A stretch of DNA of 33,018 bases from Octopus bimaculoides. Taxonomy: Eukaryota. The notes under the pieces were generated by a model. It was not told where the DNA came from and made no database searches. It worked only from the letters and a program-made list of their open reading frames with translations. The first letter of the stretch is position 1. The number at the start of each line of letters is the position of its first letter. Location: the NCBI RefSeq assembly GCF_001194135.2, contig NC_068988.1, positions 47,803,680 to 47,836,697 on the forward strand, given 5' to 3'. This document shows positions 10,688-23,376 of the stretch, piece by piece. A program made the position numbers and the translations under genes.

Positions 10688-11410
10688 GGAACCTGTGGAA
10701 GAGGTAGACCCAGGAAGACCTGGGATGAGGTGGTGAAGCACGACCTTCGAACATTAGGCCTCACCGAGGTAATGACTAGTGAACGAGACCTATGGAAATA
10801 TGATGTGCATGAGAAGACCCGGCAAGCCAAGTGAGACCATAACCCGTTGCCTTTGCCAGGGTTGTAGCCGGCCCACTTATGTGTACCTTTCCTTCATTGG
10901 ACACTAAACTCTGCTTACGAAGATCTGCTGAGGCAAGTGAAATCAAAATCGAACCAAATTCGATGACTGGCACCCATGCCAACCTTTCCTTCGTTGGACA
11001 CTAAACTCTGCTTGCGAAGACCTGTTGGAGCAAGTGAAATCGAAATCGTAATTGCTCCAAATTTGATGACTGGCACCCGTGCCAGTGGAGTGCTAGCAGC
11101 ACTGTCCAAGCATAATCATTGGCAGAACAGCTGTCTGGCTTCCGTGCCGGTGGCACGTAAATAGCACCATTTGAGCATAATCGTTACTAGTTTTGCCTCA
11201 CTGGCTCTTGTGCCGGTGGCATGTGAAAAAACATTCGAGCGAGGTCGTTGCCAGTGCAACTGGACTGGCTCCTGTGCAGGTAGCACGTAAAAAACACCAT
11301 GTGAGCATGGCTGTTGCATCCACTACATTTTTGGAGTGGTTAGTGATAGGAAGGGCATCCAGCTGTAGAAACTCTGCCAGATCAGACTAGAACCTGGTGC
11401 AGCCATCTGA
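10688..11410 (+). mobile_element. 3' end of an RTE-clade LINE: ORF2 C-terminus (10688-10834) plus 3' UTR
   Basis: GTCGRGRPRKTWDEVVKHDLRTLGLTEVMTSERDLWKYDVHEKTRQAK* is the typical RTE C-terminal RGRP.KTW...V..DL..LGL......DR..W motif. The UTR has a roughly 97-bp tandem duplication and the aggaagggcatccagctgtagaaactctgcc segment shared with 27034 and 28830. Confidence 0.85.
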
Positions 11411-11457
11411 TTTGTATTGATTATTCTATTTTAATGCTTATATATATATATATATAA

Positions 11458-11819
11458 CTCTTTTACTTGTTTCAGTCTTTTGACTGTGGCCATGCTGGAG
11501 CACCACCTTTAGTCGAGCAAATCGACCCAGGGCTTATTCGTTGGAAGCCTAGTACTTATTCTATTGGTCTCTTTTGCCGAACCACTAAGTTACGGGGACA
11601 TAAACACACCAGCATCAGTTGTCAAGCGATGTTGGTGGGACAAACACATACATACAAACACATACACACATACATATATACATATACATATATACGACAG
11701 GCTTCTTTCAGTTTCCGTCTACCAAATCCACTCACAAGGCTTTGGTCCGCCCGAGGCTATAGTAGAAGACACTTGCCCAAGATGCCATGCAGTGGGACTG
11801 AACCCGGGACCATATGGTT
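11458..11819 (-). mobile_element. Family A SINE, with its 5' end lost in the gap 11820-12811
   Basis: Reverse complement of the 5219-5720 element, including the internal CA/TA tract. Confidence 0.9.
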
Positions 11820-14784
11820 NNNNNNNNNNNNNNNNNNNNNNNNNNNNNNNNNNNNNNNNNNNNNNNNNNNNNNNNNNNNNNNNNNNNNNNNNNNNNNNNN
11901 NNNNNNNNNNNNNNNNNNNNNNNNNNNNNNNNNNNNNNNNNNNNNNNNNNNNNNNNNNNNNNNNNNNNNNNNNNNNNNNNNNNNNNNNNNNNNNNNNNNN
12001 NNNNNNNNNNNNNNNNNNNNNNNNNNNNNNNNNNNNNNNNNNNNNNNNNNNNNNNNNNNNNNNNNNNNNNNNNNNNNNNNNNNNNNNNNNNNNNNNNNNN
12101 NNNNNNNNNNNNNNNNNNNNNNNNNNNNNNNNNNNNNNNNNNNNNNNNNNNNNNNNNNNNNNNNNNNNNNNNNNNNNNNNNNNNNNNNNNNNNNNNNNNN
12201 NNNNNNNNNNNNNNNNNNNNNNNNNNNNNNNNNNNNNNNNNNNNNNNNNNNNNNNNNNNNNNNNNNNNNNNNNNNNNNNNNNNNNNNNNNNNNNNNNNNN
12301 NNNNNNNNNNNNNNNNNNNNNNNNNNNNNNNNNNNNNNNNNNNNNNNNNNNNNNNNNNNNNNNNNNNNNNNNNNNNNNNNNNNNNNNNNNNNNNNNNNNN
12401 NNNNNNNNNNNNNNNNNNNNNNNNNNNNNNNNNNNNNNNNNNNNNNNNNNNNNNNNNNNNNNNNNNNNNNNNNNNNNNNNNNNNNNNNNNNNNNNNNNNN
12501 NNNNNNNNNNNNNNNNNNNNNNNNNNNNNNNNNNNNNNNNNNNNNNNNNNNNNNNNNNNNNNNNNNNNNNNNNNNNNNNNNNNNNNNNNNNNNNNNNNNN
12601 NNNNNNNNNNNNNNNNNNNNNNNNNNNNNNNNNNNNNNNNNNNNNNNNNNNNNNNNNNNNNNNNNNNNNNNNNNNNNNNNNNNNNNNNNNNNNNNNNNNN
12701 NNNNNNNNNNNNNNNNNNNNNNNNNNNNNNNNNNNNNNNNNNNNNNNNNNNNNNNNNNNNNNNNNNNNNNNNNNNNNNNNNNNNNNNNNNNNNNNNNNNN
12801 NNNNNNNNNNNTATATGTAAATATATATACACACACATATATTGATCACTTTGCACTTAAGATTAATGTGTTTCACTAATAAACGTTGTAATAGTCAAAA
12901 TATGATAATTGATTTGTCATTTGCGTTTAACCATAAAATAAGTTTCTATGTATATAGACTTTAGTTTTCTCAAAATTTTGGATTATATAATGTTATGTGA
13001 GTTGTCTCCCTTACTTGCGTTTTAAATGTCAATGCATTTAAAAGACAGTTTAGTATTCTTAATTCAGAGATAAACTCAATTATTTCACGTTTTTTAAATC
13101 ACTATAGATCATATATGAGTATGAATATCTGAATGCCAAAATTATGTATGCGTGGGTGTTTACACACACACATACAAACACGCACAAACTCACACACATA
13201 AACACAGTTATCTGTCAACCTATCCATCTATCTAGCTTTCTATAAACGTACGCATATATATTTGTGGGCAAGTGTGCATATATACATGTGTGTGTGTGTG
13301 TGTGTGTGTATATATTTGCATATATATGTTTATAAATATTTAATGTATATATGTATGTATATAGATACATAATATAGATGTATGTATANNNNNNNNNNNN
13401 NNNNNNNNNNNNNNNNNNNNNNNNNNNNNNNNNNNNNNNNNNNNNNNNNNNNNNNNNNNNNNNNNNNNNNNNNNNNNNNNNNNNNNNNNNNNNNNNNNNN
13501 NNNNNNNNNNNNNNNNNNNNNNNNNNNNNNNNNNNNNNNNNNNNNNNNNNNNNNNNNNNNNNNNNNNNNNNNNNNNNNNNNNNNNNNNNNNNNNNNNNNN
13601 NNNNNNNNNNNNNNNNNNNNNNNNNNNNNNNNNNNNNNNNNNNNNNNNNNNNNNNNNNNNNNNNNNNNNNNNNNNNNNNNNNNNNNNNNNNNNNNNNNNN
13701 NNNNNNNNNNNNNNNNNNNNNNNNNNNNNNNNNNNNNNNNNNNNNNNNNNNNNNNNNNNNNNNNNNNNNNNNNNNNNNNNNNNNNNNNNNNNNNNNNNNN
13801 NNNNNNNNNNNNNNNNNNNNNNNNNNNNNNNNNNNNNNNNNNNNNNNNNNNNNNNNNNNNNNNNNNNNNNNNNNNNNNNNNNNNNNNNNNNNNNNNNNNN
13901 NNNNNNNNNNNNNNNNNNNNNNNNNNNNNNNNNNNNNNNNNNNNNNNNNNNNNNNNNNNNNNNNNNNNNNNNNNNNNNNNNNNNNNNNNNNNNNNNNNNN
14001 NNNNNNNNNNNNNNNNNNNNNNNNNNNNNNNNNNNNNNNNNNNNNNNNNNNNNNNNNNNNNNNNNNNNNNNNNNNNNNNNNNNNNNNNNNNNNNNNNNNN
14101 NNNNNNNNNNNNNNNNNNNNNNNNNNNNNNNNNNNNNNNNNNNNNNNNNNNNNNNNNNNNNNNNNNNNNNNNNNNNNNNNNNNNNNNNNNNNNNNNNNNN
14201 NNNNNNNNNNNNNNNNNNNNNNNNNNNNNNNNNNNNNNNNNNNNNNNNNNNNNNNNNNNNNNNNNNNNNNNNNNNNNNNNNNNNTATATATATACATATA
14301 TATATATACGTTTGTATGCATTTATGTATCTATATATGTAAATGTATATAAATTATTCTCACTTAGAACGGTAAATAAATTAAGAGTTGATGCAAGTGTT
14401 TGATGTGTACACGGATCTTGAATAAGTTCTATCGTTACATATTTATAACCTCTCAGAAGAATAGATAGGAAGGTGAGCACGTAAGCAGTGGGTGCAGGCA
14501 ACAACAGGTTTGGAAAGGAATTAGGGTGGAGATGGGTGGTCAGTAGATCCTTGGTGATGGAATTTGTGTCGTGCAATGTTTCAAATGGAATTATTGAAAA
14601 TATTCCTCATCTGATTTAGCTAGTGGCTGTGACCAAAATTTTGTAGCTTGTTGCTTCTTGAAATGGTTTGTTCCGCTATTCTTCAGTAGATGGTCCCTTT
14701 GTTGTCCTCATTGATAATTCTGCCCTTAGAGGATTCGATGTTCTATTTATTACTCCTTCTATTTTCTTCTCACTCAATGCTTTT

Positions 14785-14803
14785 TTTTATCTATGTATGT
14801 ATG

Positions 14804-14840
<37 letters not shown>

Positions 14841-14870
14841 ATCTATCTATCTATCTGTCTTTCTATCTAT
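14785..14870. repeat. (TATC)n tetranucleotide repeat
   Basis: Direct reading. Confidence 0.9.
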
Positions 14871-15683
14871 CAATTTTTCTGTCTAACATTCTATTCTCTT
14901 TCTCACTCTCTCTCTCTCTCTCTCTGAATATATGTATTTAAATATATATATATAGATATAAATACATGTATGTATGTATATATGTATGTACGTATATCTA
15001 TATGTGTGTATATATAGAAATATATATATATATATACACACGCACGCAGACAGACACACATACATCATGTGGGTATATGTGTGTCTCCGCACGTGTATAA
15101 CTATATCTATCAAAAGAATAAACTCAAAAAATTGAATTATTCTCATGTCATAAAGCGATGTAATATCTAATGTTCAGGACAGAACACTTCCTAAAAGAAA
15201 AATGCATAAGTGTACCATATATAGATGTGTGCATTCTGTGTGTGTGTGTATTCACACACACCACACACACATATATATATACATATACATATGTGTATGT
15301 ATGTACGTATATACTTATGCATATATATATATATATANNNNNNNNNNNNNNNNNNNNNNNNNNNNNNNNNNNNNNNNNNNNNNNNNNNNNNNNNNNNNNN
15401 NNNNNNNNNNNNNNNNNNNNNNNNNNNNNNNNNNNNNNNNNNNNNNNNNNNNNNNNNNNNNNNNNNNNNNNNNNNNNNNNNNNNNNNNNNNNNNNNNNNN
15501 NNNNNNNNNNNNNNNNNNNNNNNNNNNNNNNNNNNNNNNNNNNNNNNNNNNNNNNNNNNNNNNNNNNNNNNNNNNNNNNNNNNNNNNNNNNNNNNNNNNN
15601 NNNNNNNNNNNNNNNNNNNNNNNNNNNNNNNNNNNNNNNNNNNNNNNNNNNNNNNNNNNNNNNNNNNNNNNNNNNNNNNNNNN

Positions 15684-15719
<36 letters not shown>

Positions 15720-16099
15720 TGCACGTGTGTATGTGTAATGGTTTTTGTGTTGGCTTATATTTGCAGAATATCAGATTTATATTTGAAACATAGCTTCACA
15801 GATATACCTGGCTAGATAATATTCGAAATGGGTATCTCTGATCCTTAGTGAATATCCTTCTGGATAATGATGTTAAATCATGTTATCATCCTAACTTAGA
15901 ATTACCAAATTCTATATTCATATTTATCAAATTCTACACAGTTAACTTGTATGTCTGCATTGAACACTTTAAAGTTTTAGAGTATATCACTCACTGCAAA
16001 TATCTTCAGCCTCTCATATTCTCCTTCTCTCTCTCTCTCTGTCTACTATGTATTTTTTTTTTATATATACCTATTTGAATGTGTGGCTGTATATATGAG

Positions 16100-16284
16100 A
16101 GCATGAGTGTATGTGTGTGTGTGTGTATGTGTGTGTGTGTATGTGTGTATCCTACATTTCTGTATGCATATTCATACATACACACATATATATACACACA
16201 CACACATATGTACATATGCTTATATATCTATACATGCATCCATCCATAAATATGTGTGAGCATATATATATCCATCCATACGTA

Positions 16285-16329
<45 letters not shown>

Positions 16330-16371
16330 CGACATATATTTATATGTATATTTACATATATATATACATAT

Positions 16372-16414
<43 letters not shown>
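16100..16414. repeat. TG/TA/CA compound microsatellite ending in (CA)n at the gap 16415-17283
   Basis: Direct reading. Confidence 0.9.
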
Positions 16415-17283
16415 NNNNNNNNNNNNNNNNNNNNNNNNNNNNNNNNNNNNNNNNNNNNNNNNNNNNNNNNNNNNNNNNNNNNNNNNNNNNNNNNNNNNNN
16501 NNNNNNNNNNNNNNNNNNNNNNNNNNNNNNNNNNNNNNNNNNNNNNNNNNNNNNNNNNNNNNNNNNNNNNNNNNNNNNNNNNNNNNNNNNNNNNNNNNNN
16601 NNNNNNNNNNNNNNNNNNNNNNNNNNNNNNNNNNNNNNNNNNNNNNNNNNNNNNNNNNNNNNNNNNNNNNNNNNNNNNNNNNNNNNNNNNNNNNNNNNNN
16701 NNNNNNNNNNNNNNNNNNNNNNNNNNNNNNNNNNNNNNNNNNNNNNNNNNNNNNNNNNNNNNNNNNNNNNNNNNNNNNNNNNNNNNNNNNNNNNNNNNNN
16801 NNNNNNNNNNNNNNNNNNNNNNNNNNNNNNNNNNNNNNNNNNNNNNNNNNNNNNNNNNNNNNNNNNNNNNNNNNNNNNNNNNNNNNNNNNNNNNNNNNNN
16901 NNNNNNNNNNNNNNNNNNNNNNNNNNNNNNNNNNNNNNNNNNNNNNNNNNNNNNNNNNNNNNNNNNNNNNNNNNNNNNNNNNNNNNNNNNNNNNNNNNNN
17001 NNNNNNNNNNNNNNNNNNNNNNNNNNNNNNNNNNNNNNNNNNNNNNNNNNNNNNNNNNNNNNNNNNNNNNNNNNNNNNNNNNNNNNNNNNNNNNNNNNNN
17101 NNNNNNNNNNNNNNNNNNNNNNNNNNNNNNNNNNNNNNNNNNNNNNNNNNNNNNNNNNNNNNNNNNNNNNNNNNNNNNNNNNNNNNNNNNNNNNNNNNNN
17201 NNNNNNNNNNNNNNNNNNNNNNNNNNNNNNNNNNNNNNNNNNNNNNNNNNNNNNNNNNNNNNNNNNNNNNNNNNNNNNNNNNN

Positions 17284-17349
<66 letters not shown>

Positions 17350-17583
17350 ATGTGTATGTTTATGTGTGTATATCTGTGTTTGTCCCCCACACCATCGCTT
17401 GACAACCAATATTGGTGTCTTTATACAGCCATAACTTAATGGTTCAGCAAGAGAAACTGATAGAATAAGTACTAGGCTTACAAAGAATAAGTCTTGAAGT
17501 CAAATTGTTCGACTGAAGGTGGTGCTCCAGCATGGTTGCAGTCAAATGACTGAAACAAGTAAAAGAGTATAAGAATAAAGAAT
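17284..17583 (+). mobile_element. 3' half of a family A SINE preceded by its internal (GT)n tract
   Basis: tgtgtttgtcccccacaccatcgcttgacaacc...gatagaataagtactaggcttacaaagaataag...gcagtcaaatgactgaaacaagtaaaagagt matches 5505-5720. Confidence 0.85.
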
Positions 17584-18461
17584 ATGCTTAGATAAATATA
17601 ATTAAAGCAATTTTAGTCTGGGAAAACAAATAGATTCAATAGGATTTAAAAAAGAAAACTAAATAAATATTATTTAAACTGGTTTCTTCTCGTGCACAAT
17701 TAATACAAAACCAACAACAGCATTTTATGTATTTATATCAACAGACATTTATACACAAACACACACACACACATACTTTTTGTTGCACATATACTGCGGA
17801 ATAAGCAATCACGTAAAGATGAATGTATGACACTACTGTTTAGTTTGGTCAGAAGTGAGGTTATTTGCTCATCTATTTATAATATTGGACTCAAAAGTAT
17901 TTCTTTCGTGGTCCCCATTCTTGTCTGTGGTCCTCTTGAAAACAAGGTTTGTTTCTGTTTGCATTGTTTTTATTGGTTTTCTTCTTTGTTTCTTTTCTTA
18001 GTCTTCTCAGTTCTTCAGGCATTCATCTCCAAGACATGCTTGACCGAGAAATATGTCAACTAGGATTTCCATCTTGTCTCTTCAGTCTTGTACCTATAGT
18101 CTTAGTGCCTTTTACTGGGCACAATTCTGCTATTATTCTGTCACCTTGTCAGTGTCATTAGGACTTAGCAAGTCTATTTCGATACTCTTTTACAACAGGT
18201 CAGCATTATCAAGCCTATTGTGACCAGTTTTCCATACTGTGACTCACAAATCAGGGGTTTGAGTCATGTCTAATATCCCTTGTTATAATTCTTGTATTTC
18301 TTTGCCTGACACTTTATTTTATCCCCACCCCACAGAAAAGAAAAAGGCCAAAAATAGATATTGGATTCTGAACATAGATCCATAATTTAATACAGCCAAA
18401 TATTTTGCCCAATATTGTATTCATTCTGCTATTCAACTATTCTATAAAATAATGTTATCAA

Positions 18462-18665
18462 TAATAATCCTTTCTACTATAGGCACAAGGCCTGAACATT
18501 TCATTGAAGGGGTTAATCAGTTACATTGACCCCCAGCTGGTACTTATTTTATCAGCTTCAAAAAGATGAAAGTGAAGTCAACCTTAGTGGAATTTGAACT
18601 CATAATGTGAAGATGAATGAAGAGTAATTTGTCCAGCATTCTAACAATTCTGCAAGCTCACCATT
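18462..18665 (-). mobile_element. Family B SINE
   Basis: ctggtacttattttatc...gatgaaagtgaagtcaaccttagtggaatttgaactc is the reverse complement of the family B core. Confidence 0.75.
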
Positions 18666-19695
18666 TAACAACAAAAACAACAACTATCAAAATAATTCTT
18701 ACAAATTTACTGATACATCTGTAACGACTTGAAGTAGAGTTTGACAAGACTTTCATGCCGTTTAAGATCAGGTTTTCATTTCAGGAATAAGTGACAAAAA
18801 CAAAAAAAAAAAAACCATCAAAATTTGCCTCTGAAAGCATCACTGACATATTTCTTGTGTCCATTTCCGTTTTTGGCAATGTCCGATGCAATTTAGTCGC
18901 TTCCTTGCATCACGAAATTCTTAATTGTATTTAAGCCTTTAACAACACATTTTTTTCTAATACATACTTTTCGTTCGTATCTCTATACTGCCATTTATAA
19001 TGTTTCTTTCTTATCAGTTCCCTCATGACAGGTTTACTCGTGCTTCATTAGAAAACATCTTTGCATACTTGCTTTCTGAGAGACAAGGTATCTACAACAC
19101 AAATCAGAAACACCTAAGTGAAGCATAATTTGCCAATTCAGGAAGTTGGAAACGAACAGACAAGTAAATTTGCTGTCTTAGCAGATTATATTTTGTTATA
19201 CAACTGCAATAGTAGTTTTCTATGCTCCTGTCTGGAATGTATAGGTGGAATCCTCATGAGGATTCAAGTCTGTGACCCAGTTTCAATTCTCACTTTATGC
19301 AGGAATACAACTAATGCAAGAATACAACTACACCTATTCAATAAAAGTGACATTCTTAATGAGTACATGTAACTATTAACAGTAAAAAACATTACTGTAT
19401 TTATTACATTAGAACATAGAATAAATGTTGTATTGAATAAAAATATAGAGAATTTGTGGAGGTTAAGATTATTTACTATTCACTACCATGTAAGGATTGT
19501 AAAACTTTAATATGTTACTTGTGCTACATGTCTTATGGTATTTAACATAATTTGATTCATCTTGCTAGGATCACATAACTGATTCACAAATGATGAATGA
19601 ATTAATAAGACAAGGTTTCAACTTCAAGAAAAATCTTTATATGTGCAAAAACAATTTGAACCATATTAGCACATGATTATGGGTGTATATATGGA

Positions 19696-19729
<34 letters not shown>

Positions 19730-19950
19730 TGTGTGTGTCCTTGTTAGAATTTGTTATGTTGCACTAAGGAGATGGTCATCAGTTAGTGTATAAATTAAGG
19801 AAGTTTTGAAAATGCTAATGTATTTATTGCTGCTATTTAGTATTGTGTTGTAAGAAAGTAAATGGTGATTGTAGAAAAGGCTACCATGAGGTCAGAGAAT
19901 AAAATAAAGTTTATTCTTGTGACGTCATTTCAATATCTTCTCTGTCCTGC

Positions 19951-20170
19951 AAGGTGGAGAACTGGCAGAATTATTATTGTGTCAGGAAAAATGCTTAGTG
20001 GCATTTCATCCATCTTTATGTGTTGAGTTCAAATTCTCCCGAGGTCGACTTTGCCTTTCATACTTTTGGGGCTGATAAAATAAGTACCAGTTGAACACTG
20101 GGGTTGATGCAATTGACTTAACCCCTCACCTCAACTTGCTGGCCTTGTATCAAAATTTGAAACCAATATT
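19951..20170 (+). mobile_element. Family B SINE (Meta/MESC-like core)
   Basis: gagttcaaattctcccgaggtcgactttgcctttcatacttttggggctgataaaataagtaccagtt; tRNA-like head with B-box gagttcaaattc. Confidence 0.85.
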
Positions 20171-20407
20171 TTCTTTGTCCTTTTATTAAAGATATTAATA
20201 CATTATGTTATAATATGAAATTCTTTTGCAGTGCAGAGTTGGCATGGAATTGTTCAGTTTTTATCAGGTTTAATATGTTGCATGATTTTCCAAGAAATTA
20301 CAAAATGGCAAATGTACAAGTCTCTCAATTTCTATAAACAGCATTTCTGTTTTTCTTCTTCCTGAAGACAGACCTTTCATTGAGGAAATGACATTTGATT
20401 GCACAAC

Positions 20408-20411
20408 ATCG

Positions 20412-20455
<44 letters not shown>

Positions 20456-20490
20456 GTTTAACGTCCATTTTCCATGCTACCTGGGGTAGC
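20408..20490 (-). mobile_element. Short family C (RTE-related) tail with (CAT)n
   Basis: (cat)n then cgtttaacgtccattttccatgcta, nearly identical to 28745-28773. Confidence 0.8.
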
Positions 20491-20533
20491 ATACTAACAA
20501 TTCTGTCATCTTGCAAGATTAATAATAATAATA

Positions 20534-20566
<33 letters not shown>

Positions 20567-20571
20567 GTTAT

Positions 20572-20788
20572 TATTTCTACTCTAAGCACAAGGCCTTGAA
20601 AATTTTGGGGGAAGGGAGCTAGTTGATTATATCGAACCAGTGTGTAACTGGTACTTATTTCATCGACCCCAATAGGATGAAAAACATAGTCCACCTCAGC
20701 AGAATTTGAACTCAGAAAATCAAGACAGACGAAATACCACTTAGCATTTCGTCCAGCATGATAATGATTGTGCCAGCTCACTGCTTGC
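20572..20788 (-). mobile_element. Family B SINE
   Basis: Reverse complement shares gagttcaaattct and aaataagtaccagtt with 19951-20170. Confidence 0.85.
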
Positions 20789-20825
<37 letters not shown>

Positions 20826-21279
20826 TGATGATGATGATGATATTAATAATTATAATGAGAGTAAGTATAATAAGCTCAGAAAATATAGATTTGCAGATTG
20901 AAGCCAAAAACCTGTGGAATCTCATGTTGACTACAATACCAGTGACTGTAGGAGCACTTGAAATGATCAAAAAAGGAACTGAACATTATTTCAGGATGAT
21001 CCCTAGATTACCATTCAAGCAAGAAATGCAAATGTATATCTTAACTAGTATGTCACATGTATTGAGAAGAGCATTTTCACTGTGAATTCTCTTTTTTTAG
21101 TCCTTTTTTTTTTGTTTTTTAATGTTTTTTTTCTTATATTTTTATTTGCTTCTTTCCTTTTTGTTTTCTTTCATTTTTCCCCAATTTTTTTCCTATCACA
21201 TAACTTTGTTGTAAATGAACAATCAGTTGTGCTTATTTTAATGCCCTACCAGTATATACAGGGAATTTCTTTGCCCTAG

Positions 21280-21333
21280 GTGTCTTCAAGACACTCAGCA
21301 AGAAATGGAAACAAAATTGAAAGAAGAGGATAG
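21280..21333 (+). CDS. Candidate 54-nt internal coding exon of an unidentified gene, CLQDTQQEMETKLKEED(R), coiled-coil-like
   Basis: Acceptor atttctttgccctag|g and weak donor ag|gttaat. Length is a multiple of 3 (phase 2-2); only one frame is open, and it gives a charged helical peptide. No homology confirmed. Confidence 0.4.
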   Translation: MSSRHSARNGNKIERRG

Positions 21334-21352
21334 GTTAATAATAATAATGATG

Positions 21353-21387
<35 letters not shown>

Positions 21388-21391
<4 letters not shown>

Positions 21392-21947
21392 GCCCTGATG
21401 CAGTACCAGGCAGTGGCTCTCATGGCTCCTGATCTTAATTGATTGGAAGTGTTATCATGTACATTGTTTTTGCCTCGGTATAAAAAGATGGGCTACAGCA
21501 AATATTCTGCTCAATACCACAGATTTGCTTGTCAGTTGATTGACCTTAACCAGTTGAGCATGTCCTTTGTAGGCTGACGATATGTACATCTCTGATCATG
21601 AGCAGAAGTAGTGGGGGAGCATCATAGCCATGTGTTGAGAGAAATTCTTTGGGATTTGAATAATTCACCTTTGGAAACACGTGTGTTTTGCTCAACATCC
21701 TTAAACAACCCTTATTCATGGACCTTTTAAGCTGGATGGGCTACTCGACCCGAAGAAAATTCAAATTGGGCCCCACCTGTGAGGTCATGCGCTGTTTATC
21801 TTGATATGAGATCACCATGTCGCGGACATATGGTCGTGATGCATGTGCCTGGTGTACCCTTATCAGACGGGTAGTCATGATGGGTATAATGGGCTTCGTA
21901 TATTTTACCCCAGTGTCACTTTGATGACATGCATTGCTCTCTCACTC
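21388..21947. mobile_element. About 560-bp non-coding interspersed element flanked on both sides by (AAT)n
   Basis: Higher-complexity island between (AAT)n tracts at 21338-21389 and 21948-21990. Resembles an abundant octopus repeat (from memory); single copy in the window. Confidence 0.55.
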
Positions 21948-21991
21948 AATAATAATAATTATAATAACAACAACAACAATAATAATAATAG

Positions 21992-22200
21992 TTTCTATTA
22001 TAGGCATAAGACTTGAAATGTATTTTTAGGCGAGAGGGATTGTCAGTTACGTTGATACTAATGCTCTACATTTTTCATCAACCACAAAGGGATGAAAGGC
22101 AAAGTTGACCTTGTCATTTGAACTCAGAACATTAAGATGGTTGAAATACTGCTTAGTATTTTGTCCAGTGTGCTAATGATTCTGCCAGCTTACCACCTTA
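21992..22200 (-). mobile_element. Family B SINE, diverged
   Basis: gggatgaaaggcaaagttgacc...atttgaactcag...ctgccagcttaccacctt is the reverse complement of the family B core and head. Confidence 0.75.
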
Positions 22201-22559
22201 ACAACAACAACGATAATAATAATAATAATTTCTAATTATTTTAATAATAATTTCCATCATCACCATCTTAATCGTAATCATCGCTGCCCTTATTGACAGT
22301 ATGATTATCATCTCTACAACAACCATCAAGGGAATTGTCATCTTCCTCCTCATCAGCATCGTCATTGCCATCTCATTGCTATGATCACTCGTGGTGTGTG
22401 TAAGAATGAAGTAGCCAGAAGAGTCTAAGTGTTTGAGTATTATTTACAATTTTCAATTTTCTAAATTTATACTCATCCCCTCCACACACATGTATAGAGT
22501 TTTAATTAGAAGAATTCATATCAATAAGAGAATGTAACTATATTAGTTTCATGCATAAT

Positions 22560-22581
22560 CAATATATCTTCATATATATAC

Positions 22582-22653
<72 letters not shown>

Positions 22654-22708
22654 ATATGACATATATTAAATATATATACATATGCATATGCAAATATATA
22701 TATATATA

Positions 22709-22750
<42 letters not shown>

Positions 22751-22800
22751 TGCACATATATATAAAGAGATAAATAAAGGGAAAGAGAGAGAGAGATATA
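22560..22800. repeat. (TA)n-dominated microsatellite
   Basis: Direct reading. Confidence 0.9.
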
Positions 22801-23139
22801 CATTTAATTGAACACGTCATATTGTCAGGCAATGCATGTATCATCTACATTAATTTTACTTTTCAACTATTTAATTTTTAGAAACAGAAAAACAAACATA
22901 AAAATTTTAAAAAAAGGAACAAAAAAAAAGCTAAATTAAAAATTTTTAAAAAAATAACAAAAGAATTTTCTTCGTGAAAGAACCGGCAATACATATGTGG
23001 TGTGCTAGGAATTGGTAAACAATTTGCTGAATTCATTTGAATTCCCCAGCAACTTTTAGCAAATTAAAACGAAAATATGGTTTTATTGCTTATGTCTCTA
23101 CAACTGCTGTCTTCACTTCAATTATAGTCCGTCATTATT

Positions 23140-23194
23140 AATATCTTCATCATCATCATCATCATTATTATTGTTATAGTTGTTACCATTATCA

Positions 23195-23250
<56 letters not shown>

Positions 23251-23321
23251 TATTATTATTATTATTACTATTATTATTATTATTATTATTATTATTTATT
23301 ATTATTATTACTATTATTATG

Positions 23322-23376
<55 letters not shown>

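Noticed and set aside
14440-14780. Possible retroelement ORF remnant on the minus strand (also 17830-18240)
   Set aside because: Purine-rich and protein-like, but with many stops and no diagnostic motif I can name.
11467-17439. Long ORFs of 300-470 aa in the track
   Set aside because: They are held open by N-runs and dinucleotide repeats; the non-X parts are SINE or microsatellite translations. The same applies at 24536-24944, 26059-26735 and 27227-27904.
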